Positions 10,991-22,769 of a DNA stretch of 44,141 nt are shown here, piece after piece; the first letter of the stretch is position 1, and the number at the start of each line of letters is the position of its first letter. The stretch covers positions 1 to 44,141 of the forward strand of contig JAXLNO010000660.1 of assembly GCA_038087875.1 (NCBI GenBank). Reading direction: 5' to 3'. The notes beneath the pieces are model-generated. The model searched no databases. It was not told where the DNA came from and saw only the letters and a program-made list of their open reading frames with translations. The position numbers were made by a program, and so were the translations under genes. Source of the DNA: Malacoraja senta. Taxonomy: Eukaryota.

Positions 10991-12990
10991 TCACCTCCTT
11001 CGCGGTGCTACAGCCGAACGCCAACTGCGCTGCATCGTAGCTGGACTCGTCCCTTGCCCGGACCAGTCTGCTCCCTTATAGGGATACTTCCGCTTTGGTG
11101 AATATGTGGCTGCCGTCTTAGCCTCCTCCTCCAGCTCCTTCACCTGCTGTGCGAAATCCTCGCCTAACAGCTGTGCCGGTTGCACTGTGCCAGGCTGGCA
11201 GAGTGAAGCATATTTAGCATTGGATGGTTGGTCTAATCGCATCTTGCGGAGGCAGTTGATCTCAAAGTGGGCATCCACAATAGCGCCTTTTGTTGTTAAT
11301 TTGTCATGGCCTCTCCATCCATCATCCTGGCAAAGCTCGTTATACCAGATGCCAGCAACTTTAAAAATATGCTGGAGCTTCACATGCTCCTGGGCTTTCA
11401 TTAGTATGCCCATCTTGCCCCAATTCTTCCTGTTCCCAACAGGAACTTTTAACAGTCCACAGTTGATTGGGGCTTCATACTTCGTTACTGTCTCATCCAT
11501 TGTCAGCTCCTGTAGCTGATGTGACTTGGTAATTTATGCTGGTGGCAAGTTCCTCACCCAGAGCCTCACCAGCGTCCGACGGCATGGCAAACCGTGCTGC
11601 ACACGGTGTCAGCTCTGACAGCTGCCTGCCCTCCCTTTGGAAGTCGTCGGACTCAGGGTCAGAGCATATCTGCCCTTCTGCACTCACCTCTTGCAAAGAG
11701 GGTGTTTTCAAGCAGGCCTCTACTAGGCACTGCCAGCGGAGCCGTCCCCACGGCCTCCCGCCTGCACAACTCCTCCTGGAGTATGGCTTTATAATAATAA
11801 TAATAATGAATTTTATTTACGGGCGCCTTATACCGAGGTCTCAAGGACACCTTACAGAGATTTATAGGAAACATATAATCAGAATTTAAAAAAATAAGTT
11901 ATAAAGACCAATACACAAATCAGGGACAGAATTCCTTCCAAAAAGAAAAAAAAAAGAAAATCAGAAGCACAATTTGAGGAGAGAGCAGCGGCAACGAAAC
12001 CGCGCCAGCGTCCACTCTCCCCTCCGACCGCCATCTTGAACACAGACTAACAAATACAATTACAAACAAATACATACAAAAATCATCCCCCCACAGTGAT
12101 TTCCACTGTGGGGGAAGGCACAATGTCCAGTCCCCAGCCCCAGTTCACCCAAAAAAGTCAGGCCAAATGGAAGCCCCCGCTATTGCCTCTACGGAGGCCC
12201 GATGATCCTGGCCGTTCTCGCCGGGTGATGTAGCCCCGGCGTCGGGAGAGTCCTCCAGCAGCTGGGCCACCTGGAACGGCCGCATCCCTCACCGGAGCCG
12301 TAACTACGGCTGGAACGGCCGATTTCCCGCAGGCGTCCGCAGACGTGAAGCCGACAAGGCCGCGCCGATTTGGAGCTCAAGGCTCCCGATGTTGGAGTCG
12401 GCGCCGCCGCCCGCAGCTGGTCGCTCCAGTCCCGCAGCCCGGAGGTGTTGAGCTCGGCGGTCCAGCTCACCGGAGCTGCAGCGCGTCGGCCAGCGCGGCC
12501 ACCCAGGCAAGGCATCGCCCGGTCTTTATGAAGCAGACGTCTCCGAGGCACTGCCAGCGGAGCCTTCTCTATGGCTTCCTCCTGCACTACTCCTCCTGGA
12601 GTGTGGCTTTATGAAGCAGACCTCTCCTAGGCCACTGCCAGCAGAGCCTTCTCTATGGCTTCCCTCCTGCACTACTCCTCCTGGAGCGTCTCTATGGAGC
12701 AGCCCCTGTATGAGCTGCTCCTTTTGGATAACCGCTGGGGAACGGTATCCTGTCCCCGACGGGACTCTCGTGGCCCGACTCTGCGGAGTCTATAGCCCTT
12801 ACAGACTTGGGTTATGCCTACCGCCCGACTGGCGTTGGCTGTGTACCCGGCTGGGCACTTTGCCAAGTCTGGCGCCGCACCGCTACCGGCTTGCGACTCC
12901 CCCGAGGTGACAGGCTGCCTTTCAGAGACTGCACTCCCGCAGCTCTCTCGCTCTCTCTCTCTCTCCTTGTCGGCAGCAGCCTGCACCTTT
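10991..12990 (-). pseudogene. DIRS-A gag-like ORF1 remnant (interrupted)
   Basis: ORF pieces 10991-11500 and 11493-11711 (EINCLRK..., LLGEDFAQQVKELEEEAK) resemble DIRS-B gag (EINNLRKE..., QVKDLEEESK). Contains an ~84-bp tandem repeat and an insertion. Confidence 0.7.
11793..12523 (-). mobile_element. Non-autonomous retroelement with an L2-like 3' tail, inserted in DIRS-A
   Basis: TSD CTTTAT at 11787-11792 and 12524-12529. The minus-strand 3' end TGTAAGGTGTCCTTGAG...AAGGCGCCCGTAAATAAAATTC(ATT)n resembles L2/SINE 3' ends. CpG-rich body; hairpin at 12087-12114. Confidence 0.75.
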
Positions 12991-13580
12991 TCCTTGTTCC
13001 TGTATGTGGGGAAAAAAGAACACAGAAACACTTTCTTTTTCCTAACTCCTCCAAAGTCTCCCCGACTTTGGTGGAGCTGTAATTACTCACGTGCAGAAGG
13101 AGCTCCGTGCTCCTGCTGCCGTTGTCGCCAATGCATCAGACATAATGACGCGCATGCGCCCTGACGGGGTTCTTCGCGTAGTCACTCACGTGACTCCGAA
13201 GTAAAATTATTAAATATTCACATCGTGCATGATTCAGTGATTACAAGCCGAAAGAACTAATTAACATTTGTGCCTCGCAAGCTCTTGCCCCCATGTGGAA
13301 ACACACAATCTAATTCTGATTTTCATCCAATGCTGGGTTACTCTGCATGTATTGAGACTCACTGAAACATATCTTACTGATGCAGGACACTCTCCCCAAC
13401 ATTGTTTAATAAACATTTTTCTGCACTTTTTCTTTTGAATTGTTTTTCCATCCTAATGCTGGTTCCAAAAACCTAGACACAAGGATCTACAGATGCTGGT
13501 TTACAGAGATAAAAACACAAAGTCCTGGAGTAACAACTCAGCGGGTCAGGCAGTATGTCTGGAGGACATGGATAGGGAGG

Positions 13581-14863
<1,283 letters not shown>

Positions 14864-15089
14864 TATGATAGATATCTTCACTTACAATACATGATTACAA
14901 TCGAGCCATTTACAAACATAGATACATGATAAATGAATAACATTTAGTGCAAGGTAAGGCCGGCAAACGTCCGATCAAGGATAGTCTGAGGATCACCAAA
15001 GAGGCAGATAGTAGTTCTGCACTGCTCTCTGGTTGTGGTAGGATGGTTCAGTTGCCTGATAACAGCTGGGAAGAAACTGTCCCTTGTCT

Positions 15090-15440
15090 AGAGAGGGTAG
15101 AGAGTCAGAACCCTTTTTCCAGTGCGGGAATGTCAAAGACTAGAAGGCATATTTTTAGGTGAGAGGGGCAAAGTTTAAAGAAAACGTGTAGGGCAAATTA
15201 TCACACAGAAGATGGTGGGTGCCTGGAATGCACTGCCAGGGGTGGTTGTGGAGGAAAATACGATAGTGGCTTTTAGATAGGCACATGGATATGCAGGGAA
15301 TGGAGGGATATGGACCACATGCAGGCAGATAAGATTAGATTATCTTGTCATCATGTTTGGCATGGACATTAAGGGCAGAAGGGCCTGTTCCCATGCTGTA
15401 CTGTCTATGTTCTATGCTCTATGTTCTATGTTCTATGTAC
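15090..15440 (+). mobile_element. CR1-clade LINE 3' fragment
   Basis: Homologous to 4030-4350 (ATGTCAAAGACTAGA...GAGGGGCAAAGTTTAAAG...GAAGGGCCTGTTCC); ends in (CTATGTT)n. Confidence 0.75.
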
Positions 15441-15771
15441 TATCAAGAAGTAGGTCAGAAGATGAACATTGAATCTGCTCTGAGGCAGATCAGTGGGAAT
15501 GGTTAACTAAGATGTTTGGCTTCAATTAAACAAATGCTTTTATCTCCAAATGGCTTTCCAAGCTTTGGAAAATCATGTAGATAGCCTTATTGCCAGTTTT
15601 CTCAGCAATTTCCACTTCTCCTAGATGACTGCATGTTATTTTTTTCCTGAAAATAGACACAAAGTGCTGGAGTAACTCAGCGGGTCAGGCAGCATCTCGG
15701 GAGAAAAGAAACAGGTGACATTTTAGGTCGAGACCCATCTTCCTCAACTGGGAGTGAGGGGAGAGGGAAAC

Positions 15772-16010
15772 TGTTTATCGGCGACCCATATGAAATACAC
15801 ACGCTTGGTGAAATCCAACTTTATTCCATTAAGTACACAGGAACATATAAACAGCCAGCTCCTCGTGTCTGGCTTTACCGACTAGAGTGCCCGAGCGAGA
15901 GAGAGAGAGAGAGAGTCTTTGTGTAGTACTGTAATACCATGTAAAGGGTGGCCTGCACATATGTGTGGTGAAGGTTATAAATGGCATGAATTAATAAGGG
16001 TTAATCTACA
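15772..16010 (-). repeat. Gypsy 3' LTR (239 bp)
   Basis: Minus strand TGTAGATTAACC...GATAAACA, with AATAAA inside. It is preceded on the minus strand by the polypurine tract AAGAGGAAGGA (16011-16021). About 11 substitutions relative to 25148-25386 by manual count. Confidence 0.92.
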
Positions 16011-16139
16011 TCCTTCCTCTTGAAGAAATACAGCATATATAGTGGTTAGTGAAGCAAATATAAAACACCAGTATAAGGTGCGGCATTTATTATTTTATTG
16101 CATATGACAGCACATAAAACTAAACAAGTCATGCACAGT

Positions 16140-16430
16140 TCAGGTATAGCCAGTAAATTTTCCAATTAACGGGTTTGGCTTGCAGACACGACCTGCACGT
16201 GTACGATAATAAGCTCCAGCAGACACCTCATTCTTCGCTGGGGAAGCAAGTCCCTTATCGGGTGAACGTGGAGGAGAAGACACCGGTGGAGATTGGGGCA
16301 CCGGGGACGGCAGGGATGGCGCCGGCATTGGTAGAGGAATCGCTGGAGCAGCATTCGCTGAGCGTGAGGGAAGACCGGCGGGCTGGTCCGGGTAAGGACG
16401 TGGAGGTGCCGGTTCATTAACCGGAAGTAT
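16140..16430 (-). pseudogene. Gypsy pol C-terminal Pro-rich tail, detached from integrase (second copy at ~25516-25800)
   Basis: ILPVNEPAPPRP...YYRTRAGRVCKPNP; the TRxGRxxKP motif is typical of Gypsy pol ends. Confidence 0.7.
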
Positions 16431-16544
16431 AAATCAATAAGGGTTAATCTACAGAAACTAGAGACACCTCAGAGACAGCACGGATGGCCAAGGAAAGGTG
16501 GAGCCCGCTTTCCCCACTATATTTTCCCCACAGTTTTGATCTCT

Positions 16545-18374
16545 TCACCGATAAATGTCATTGTCAATACTGACCAAGTACGAGCGTGGTTCCGCGGTGG
16601 ACCCCAGAATGACTCCGGGGCGGTCGTAACCTCGAAGTGACCGCAAACGGACAACCTGTCCCTTGTTGAGCGGTTGAAGCGGAGAGCTGGTTTTATCGTA
16701 GGATTTTCTTTGTGTGTTGTGGAGGCGTTGGAGCTGGGATTGGATATCTGATGGCACACAAACTTGTGGTTCTAGTAGTTGCTTGGCCATAGGCGGGGTG
16801 GAGCAGGTTCGCCGTGACATGAGCTGTTCGGCTGCAGATCCCAGAAGAGAGTCGCGGACGATGTTACGAAGGTTGAGTAAGTCGAGATAAACATCAGAGT
16901 CGGCCCTGCCTGAGTGTTCCATTAGTCCTTTTGCACTTTTTACCATGCGCTCAGCCAGGCCGTTGGATTGTGGGTACTCGGGACTGCTGGTAATGTGGAG
17001 AAAGTCCCAGTTTTTCGCGAAATTCCTGAAGAGCTGACTGGAGAACTGAGTTATATTGTCTGAGAGTAGCTTTAGGGTGGCTCCATGGACAGAGAAGTGG
17101 CGAGTTAGTTTCTGAATGGCCATGGCTGAGGTCGGGCTACTGAGCAGGTCGATTTCAAACCATCCTGAGTAGGAATCAACTAAAACCAGGTATTGTTGGC
17201 CGTGCCACTTGAAGATGTCGGCTGGTACTGTGGACCAGGGTAAGTCCGGCGTGGGGTGCGGGAGAAGTGGTTGCTTCTGTTGGTGCGGGGTCAAGCTATT
17301 GCAGATCGGGCAGGCAGCAACCTTCTCTAGAATGTAGTCAGCCATGTCTGGCCAGAACAGCATTCCTTTCACATGTTGAAGGGTTATCTCTACAGCGGGA
17401 TGGCCATCATGGACAATGTCGAAGTACTTGCCGTGAAGAGACGTCGGGATGACCGCCTTGTGTCCTTTCATTATCACACTGTCCTGAATGACCAGTTCGT
17501 CATGGACAGGGAAAAGTGGGTGGACAGCTTGTGGCAGGTGGTGCTGTTTGTCTGGCCAGCCGCGGCGGATGACAGTGGCCAGCGAGTGAAACGTTTGGTC
17601 TGCAGCTGTTTGGGCACTAGGATGTCTAAACCGGCAGATGGGAGGCAGGAGACCATCATAACCCTCATGCTCATCATCAGACAGGTGTTTTTCGCAGGTT
17701 GGGCGAGGTGCCCGTGAGAGGGTGTCAGCTAAGTGCATGTCCTTACCACGTTTGTAGGTTAGTCTGATGTCATATCCCTGTAGTTCCATCATCATGTGTT
17801 GTAAGCGTGCTGGTGCCATGAGGATCGGCTTACTGAGGATACTGACCAGGGGCTGGTGATCGGTTTCGACCGTGATCAGGTTGCCAAAGATAAAGTCCTT
17901 GAATTTCTTGCAGGCAAAGGTTGCTGCGAGTAGCTCCTTTTCGATTTGAGCGTAGCGCTGTTGAGTGTCGGTCATGGTACAGGAGGCAGAGGCAACTGGT
18001 CTGGAGCCCTTTCCGTCATCTTGTAGGCAGGCAGTGCCCAGTCCATACTGGGAGGCATCACAGGTGAGGGTGACGGGTAACTTGGCATCGAAGTATGCGA
18101 GGGTTGGAGCGCAAGACATTAGTTGTTTGAGGGTTTCAAATGTCCTCTGCTGGTGTTGGTGCCAGGACCAGTGCATATCCTTGTGGGTCAGTTGTCGCAG
18201 CGGGGCTGATAGCTCGCTGAACTTTGGGATGAATTTTCCCAGGTAGTTTACCATGCCTAAGAATCTTTGTAGAGCAGTCATGTCCGTAGATGCTTGCATT
18301 TCGTTGATGGCAATGGTTTTAGACGGGTCTGGCTTGAGTCCGTTGTTGGTGAACACGTGGCCCACATAAGTCAC
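16545..18374 (-). CDS. Gypsy pol, open 609-aa segment: RT thumb, RNase H, integrase
   Basis: LQRFLGMVNYL, TCDASQYGLG, YAQIEKELLA, ETDHQPL, ADTLSRAP, VDSYSGW, LSDN and QSNGLAER (D,D35E) motifs. The upstream RT is disrupted, so it is probably non-functional. Confidence 0.85.
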   Translation of the reverse strand: MTYVGHVFTNNGLKPDPSKTIAINEMQASTDMTALQRFLGMVNYLGKFIPKFSELSAPLRQLTHKDMHWSWHQHQQRTFETLKQLMSCAPTLAYFDAKLPVTLTCDASQYGLGTACLQDDGKGSRPVASASCTMTDTQQRYAQIEKELLAATFACKKFKDFIFGNLITVETDHQPLVSILSKPILMAPARLQHMMMELQGYDIRLTYKRGKDMHLADTLSRAPRPTCEKHLSDDEHEGYDGLLPPICRFRHPSAQTAADQTFHSLATVIRRGWPDKQHHLPQAVHPLFPVHDELVIQDSVIMKGHKAVIPTSLHGKYFDIVHDGHPAVEITLQHVKGMLFWPDMADYILEKVAACPICNSLTPHQQKQPLLPHPTPDLPWSTVPADIFKWHGQQYLVLVDSYSGWFEIDLLSSPTSAMAIQKLTRHFSVHGATLKLLSDNITQFSSQLFRNFAKNWDFLHITSSPEYPQSNGLAERMVKSAKGLMEHSGRADSDVYLDLLNLRNIVRDSLLGSAAEQLMSRRTCSTPPMAKQLLEPQVCVPSDIQSQLQRLHNTQRKSYDKTSSPLQPLNKGQVVRLRSLRGYDRPGVILGSTAEPRSYLVSIDNDIYR

Positions 18375-19416
18375 TTCGTCGACCCGACACCTGCACTTGA
18401 GAGGGTTGAGTTTGAGATTTACTTCCCAGGACCTGTTTCAGGTTTGAGTCATGTTCTTGTGCGTTGCGCCCGGTGACCAGGATGTCATCTACAATTGTTT
18501 AACATGGGTAGCTAGCAAAGAGTTGTCCATAATATGCTGGAAAACCTCACTGGCTGAATTGATGCCAAATGGCATTTGTAAAAATTGGTAGCGTCCGAAG
18601 GGCGTCGCGATTGTGGTTAACATGGAGGATGCATGGTCTAGTGGCATTTGCCAAAATTAGTTCTTTGCGTCTAGGAAAGAAAAAACTGTGGCTTTACCCA
18701 GGTTGGCAGCGATTTCTTCCACCGTCCGCATTGGGTGGTGTGGCCGTTTGATGGCAGTGTTTAAATCCTTAGGGTTGATGCAGATCCTTATTTCATCTTT
18801 GTTCTTCTTGACTGCTGCAACCATGGTGGAGACCCAGGGGGAGGGGTCGTTGACAGGGGCTATTAAACCCAGTGATTCCATTCTCTCTAATTCAGCTTTG
18901 ATGCAGTCCTTCATTGCGTGCGGGAGTTTGTGAGGAGAACGAACGACAGGTATAACTTCCTTGTTGGTTACAATGCTGTATTCTGTGGGAAGCTTGCCCA
19001 GCTGATTGCCAAAAAAGGTCTTTGTATTGTTCGAGTAGTTGTTTTGTAGGACTTTGAGAGGTCGACAGCTGATACACAGTTTTGCTGAAGAAAACTAGAT
19101 TCATATTATGGCATGCATCATTGCCCAGAAGGTGGGGCACTTCCCCTTTTACGATGAAAAATTCCAAGTTGTGAACTTGAGATGCTAGATGGCATTGTAA
19201 TGTAACCGTACCAACTGGTTGCAAATGCCCCACCAAATGGATGTAACTTTGAGTTTGTTTTCAGAACAGTTTCGTTGTTGTGAATTCTTTGGAAGTCTGC
19301 CAGAGAGATCACGTTACATCTCACCCCCATATCTATCTTAGCAGCAACCTTGGTGTTGTTGATACTAAGCGTTGTCTTTGGATCACTGTCAGTAGCCACA
19401 GAATTGGGAATACAAG
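18375..19416 (-). pseudogene. Gypsy protease and RT N-terminal remnant
   Basis: KIDMG (degenerate DTG), LLGNDAC, SPWVSTMV, IRICINPKDLN, FSFLDAK, MPFGI and IVDDILV (~18476-18496). Frameshifts and stops. Confidence 0.85.
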
Positions 19417-19638
19417 AATAGTAAGATTAAACGAGAACTTACCAGTTTGAAGTTTGATCTGTATTTTATGAGGAGTTACGATGAGGGATTACGTGAAGAG
19501 CCCGTCCAGCACGCATGTGCGACATTCTTCAAAGCAGCGGTGTGGAATCACAGGAAACACAATAATTGAAATAAACATAGTAAAGAAAAGGAGAACTAAG
19601 ATACCAGTTGATCTATAATTGAGGGTGGGAGCGGAGGG

Positions 19639-19751
19639 CACGTAATCCCTCATCGTAACTCCTCATAAAATACAGATCAAACTTCAAACTGGTAAGTTCT
19701 CGTTTAATCTTACTATTTTACTTCGGAGTCACGTGAGTGACTACGTGAAGA
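19639..19751. promoter_or_regulatory. DIRS-B ICR
   Basis: Perfect reverse complement of the left terminus 19417-19495, joined via ATT to the reverse complement of the right terminus 24132-24168. Confidence 0.92.
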
Positions 19752-19929
19752 TTTTAAAGCTCTGTGATTTCAAACCGTGTAACAGTTCATACTTCACTCG
19801 CTGCCGAAGTCATTCAAGGGAGGAAGTATGTTATCGTAATCAACCATAATCTGTTTGTAAACAATAATGGTATCTATTAAACAATAACAAAAGACAAAAT
19901 GCTCCCCCGGGCTTAAATTATATATTTTT

Positions 19930-20885
19930 GCAGATTTTAGAACTCTTTCTGCAAATAACACAGGTTCTGCTAGTGGCTTGTGGTAGAACGTTTGGAACGT
20001 TTTCTCCATCTTCATTCTTTTAGCCGCCGATGTGGATGCTGCCCTGGTGGAGTGAGATGTATATACATCAGTATCTACTCCAGCAGCTCCCAGTACCTGC
20101 TTGAGCCATCTCGAGATGGTTTGGCTCGACACCCAACCATGAGGTTTCTTGTGGCTGACCCATAAGGCTTTTTTTTCTTTCTTTTTTTTTTTTTTTCCTT
20201 TCTCCCTCGAGAATCTCTTGTTGTGTTGATGTAAGTGAATAAGTGAGTCATGACACACAACCGTAGGTCAGGTGGGTATGCCCGGAAATCCATAACTAGG
20301 ACTCAAGTTCCTGGCTTGCTCTGCTTTAGCAGCTCCTGAATGGTGAATGAGACCCGGTCTGGTGTTATAACCATGTTGTCCAGTCGCAGTAAGTGGAGGG
20401 ACTGGACTCTTTGTGCTGAGACTAGTGGCATTAGCATGACCGTTTTCAGGGTTAGCTTTTCCAGGGTGAGAGACCTGGCTGGGGACCATCCCCTTAGGTA
20501 TGTCAGGACCACACTGACATCCCAGATTTGTGTATACCTAGGTCTAAGAGGGTTGGAGTTGACGATACTACTCATGAGTTTGATCACCAGCGGGTGAGAC
20601 CCTATGGCCTGTTGTCCTGGCACCTGTTTTAAGTAGGCTGACAGCGCACGTCTGGCAGTATTGATGGCGCTGTAGCTCAATCCTTCATTATGGTGAAGGC
20701 CCCCCAGGAACTCCAGTACATTGGTTATGGTTGCAGATGAGTACGTTGTCCCAGTAGTCGAGCAGTATCTTTCCCACTTCCTGATGCTCGATAGGTATTG
20801 TTTCCTGGTGGACATATGGTGTCATCATGTTGATGGTCCTGTCAGACAATCCCAGTCCCAGCAGTGGTCTTTTGATAATCTGCAA
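19930..20885 (-). pseudogene. DIRS-B tyrosine recombinase remnant
   Basis: STRKQYLSSIRKW, GLSYSAINTARRALS, VSAQRVQ, LLKQSKPG, TISRWLK, SHSTRAASTSAA and FQTFY. The segment with the AGW motif is deleted; poly-T expansion at ~20169-20200. Confidence 0.88.
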
Positions 20886-20959
20886 CCCAGTAGGTTAATT
20901 TTGTCATGGCATGGATGACTTATGCCTGATACAGGGTGCGTCAATAGGTCTGGGCTACT

Positions 20960-21300
20960 GGGAAAGGTCATAGGAGTTTCGATGACCATGTCGAGGACCA
21001 CTGGGAACCATGGCTGTGTAGGCCAGTTGGTACTATCAAAATACCTGAAGCAGAGTCCATCTGTATTTTGCGTAGTACTCTACAGATTAAGGCAGAAGGG
21101 GGGAAAAGCATAGAAGAAATAGGTCCCCCAGTTCAGCGCGAATGCATCTATCGCTGCTGCCTCAGGGTCTGGTTCCCAAGGGACATACATTGGTACGTGG
21201 TGATTTAGTCTCGATGCAAAGAGATCGATATCTGGTGTGCCATATTGGTTTGTAATTTTAGCAAAAGCTCTAGGATTTAACATCCATTCGGTGTTTATCA
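20960..21300 (-). pseudogene. DIRS-B DNA adenine methyltransferase-like domain remnant
   Basis: TEWMLNP...PDIDLFASRLN...AIDAFALNW...YAFPPF, the known MT domain downstream of RNase H in DIRS elements. Confidence 0.8.
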
Positions 21301-22763
21301 TTGAATTTGCGTGACCTGGCACTGTATTTAGCTTACCTGGTAGGTAAGTTGCTGATAGCCAAATATGTCTATCGACCCACCATTACCAGATTGTGTTGAC
21401 CCAATTGTCACATGATATCGATTTTATTCCGCCCATATGGTTAATATAGGCCACCACCGTGATATTATCAATTTGTAAATGAACATGCAAGTTGTGCATA
21501 TTCCTAGAATATGCTTTAAAACCATAAAACGCACCCAACATTTCCAAATAATTTATGCCCAGTGTTTGTAGTAAAGACGAGTCTAGGTTAGTCCATCTAC
21601 CACCTGTGCTGGATATGGTATTAGTTGCTCCCCAGCCTTGAGCACTGGCATCTGTTTGTATAGTTAACGTTGGGTTATTGATGATGATAGGGCTGGAACT
21701 ATGCCAAATGTGTTATATCCACCATTGTAACTCTGATATTGCTTCAATGGGTAGTTTCATGGTTCTGTCAAAGTGACCTGCATGTCGTTTCAACGCCTGT
21801 ACTTTTGCCCTTTGTAGGTGCTGATAGTGCAGGAGTCCAAATTGTGTAGCTGAAAATGCTGCTACCATTTTGCCAATTACTCTTGCCACTTGTCGGATGG
21901 TTGGTCGATTGCTTACCATTAAATTGTTGCACATCTGTGCCAATTCTGCTGCTTTACCTTTTGGCAACGTTACAGACATGTGGATTGAGTTAATTGTGAA
22001 TCCCAGATAGTCCATAGTTGTGGATGGCGTCAACTTAGATTTATCTGGATGTATGACAAACCCAGGGTTTCAAACAATTGTTTGGTAGCTAATACAGCTG
22101 ATTTAGCCAACTCCATGGTTTTGCCTACTATTAGGATATCATCAATGTACGCCATGACAATATGTCTTTGTTTCGTTAATGTTGCCAAGGCTGGTTTTAA
22201 TATCTTGGTAAATAGTCTAGGGCTGATGTCAACCCATTAGGCAACACTTTATACTGCCAGAGTTGCCCCATCCAGGTAAATTTCAGGTATCTGCGATGAC
22301 CCTTGTGAATGGGTACTGAATAGTAGGCATCTTTTAAATCAATGCTTGCCATAAAGTATCCTTTGGAAATCAGTTGTTTAGCAGTTGCAAATGTTTCCAT
22401 TTTGAAATGTACATACTTAACAAAGGTATTTAGTGAGGTTAAGTCAATGATGATGCGACATCCACCATCTTTTTTGCTTTTGGTAAATATATTTGAGACA
22501 AATTCCAAAGGCTCATGTTTGGATTTCTCAATGACACCCTTTGTAAGTAACCTCACCAGTTCTGCTTGAGCCTCTAGTTCTCTTTGACTGAGAGGGTAAA
22601 GACCCTTTGGGGTACGTGCTGAACTGGTGGCATGTTTTCTTGAATGAACTCTATTTTGTATCCCCGAATACTGTTAAGTATATAGCTATCATTCGTGAGA
22701 CACCTCCTGTTAGTACAGTTCCCCATTTACATGCTGGTAGGAACCAGACCCACCTACCTCCAT
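21300..22763 (-). pseudogene. DIRS-B RT / RNase H remnant
   Basis: FVSNIFTKSKKDGGCRIIIDL, HFKME, SIDLKDAYYSVPI, LPNGL, MAYIDDIL (~22132-22155), YLGF, QTDASAQGWG and DNITVVAYIN. Few frameshifts. Confidence 0.9.
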
Positions 22764-22769
22764 AGTTAT

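Larger units (their letters stand above)
7659..13207 (-). mobile_element. DIRS-type tyrosine-recombinase retrotransposon, decayed (DIRS-A)
   Basis: Inverted termini (7720-7763 vs 13146-13192, ...AACCCCGTCAGGGCGCATGCGCGTCA). The ICR at 7886-7997 is complementary to both ends. AAT lies at both boundaries. Domain order is gag-RT-RNH-MT-YR. Confidence 0.92.

Noticed and set aside
12189..12614. GC-rich ORFs on both strands (also 6868-7481)
   Set aside because: Stop-poor because of high GC within non-autonomous repeats; no domain similarity.
11709..12687. Spaced direct repeats as a possible CRISPR-like array
   Set aside because: The units are ~84-bp tandem coding repeats without unique spacers; the context is eukaryotic and no cas-like ORF is present.
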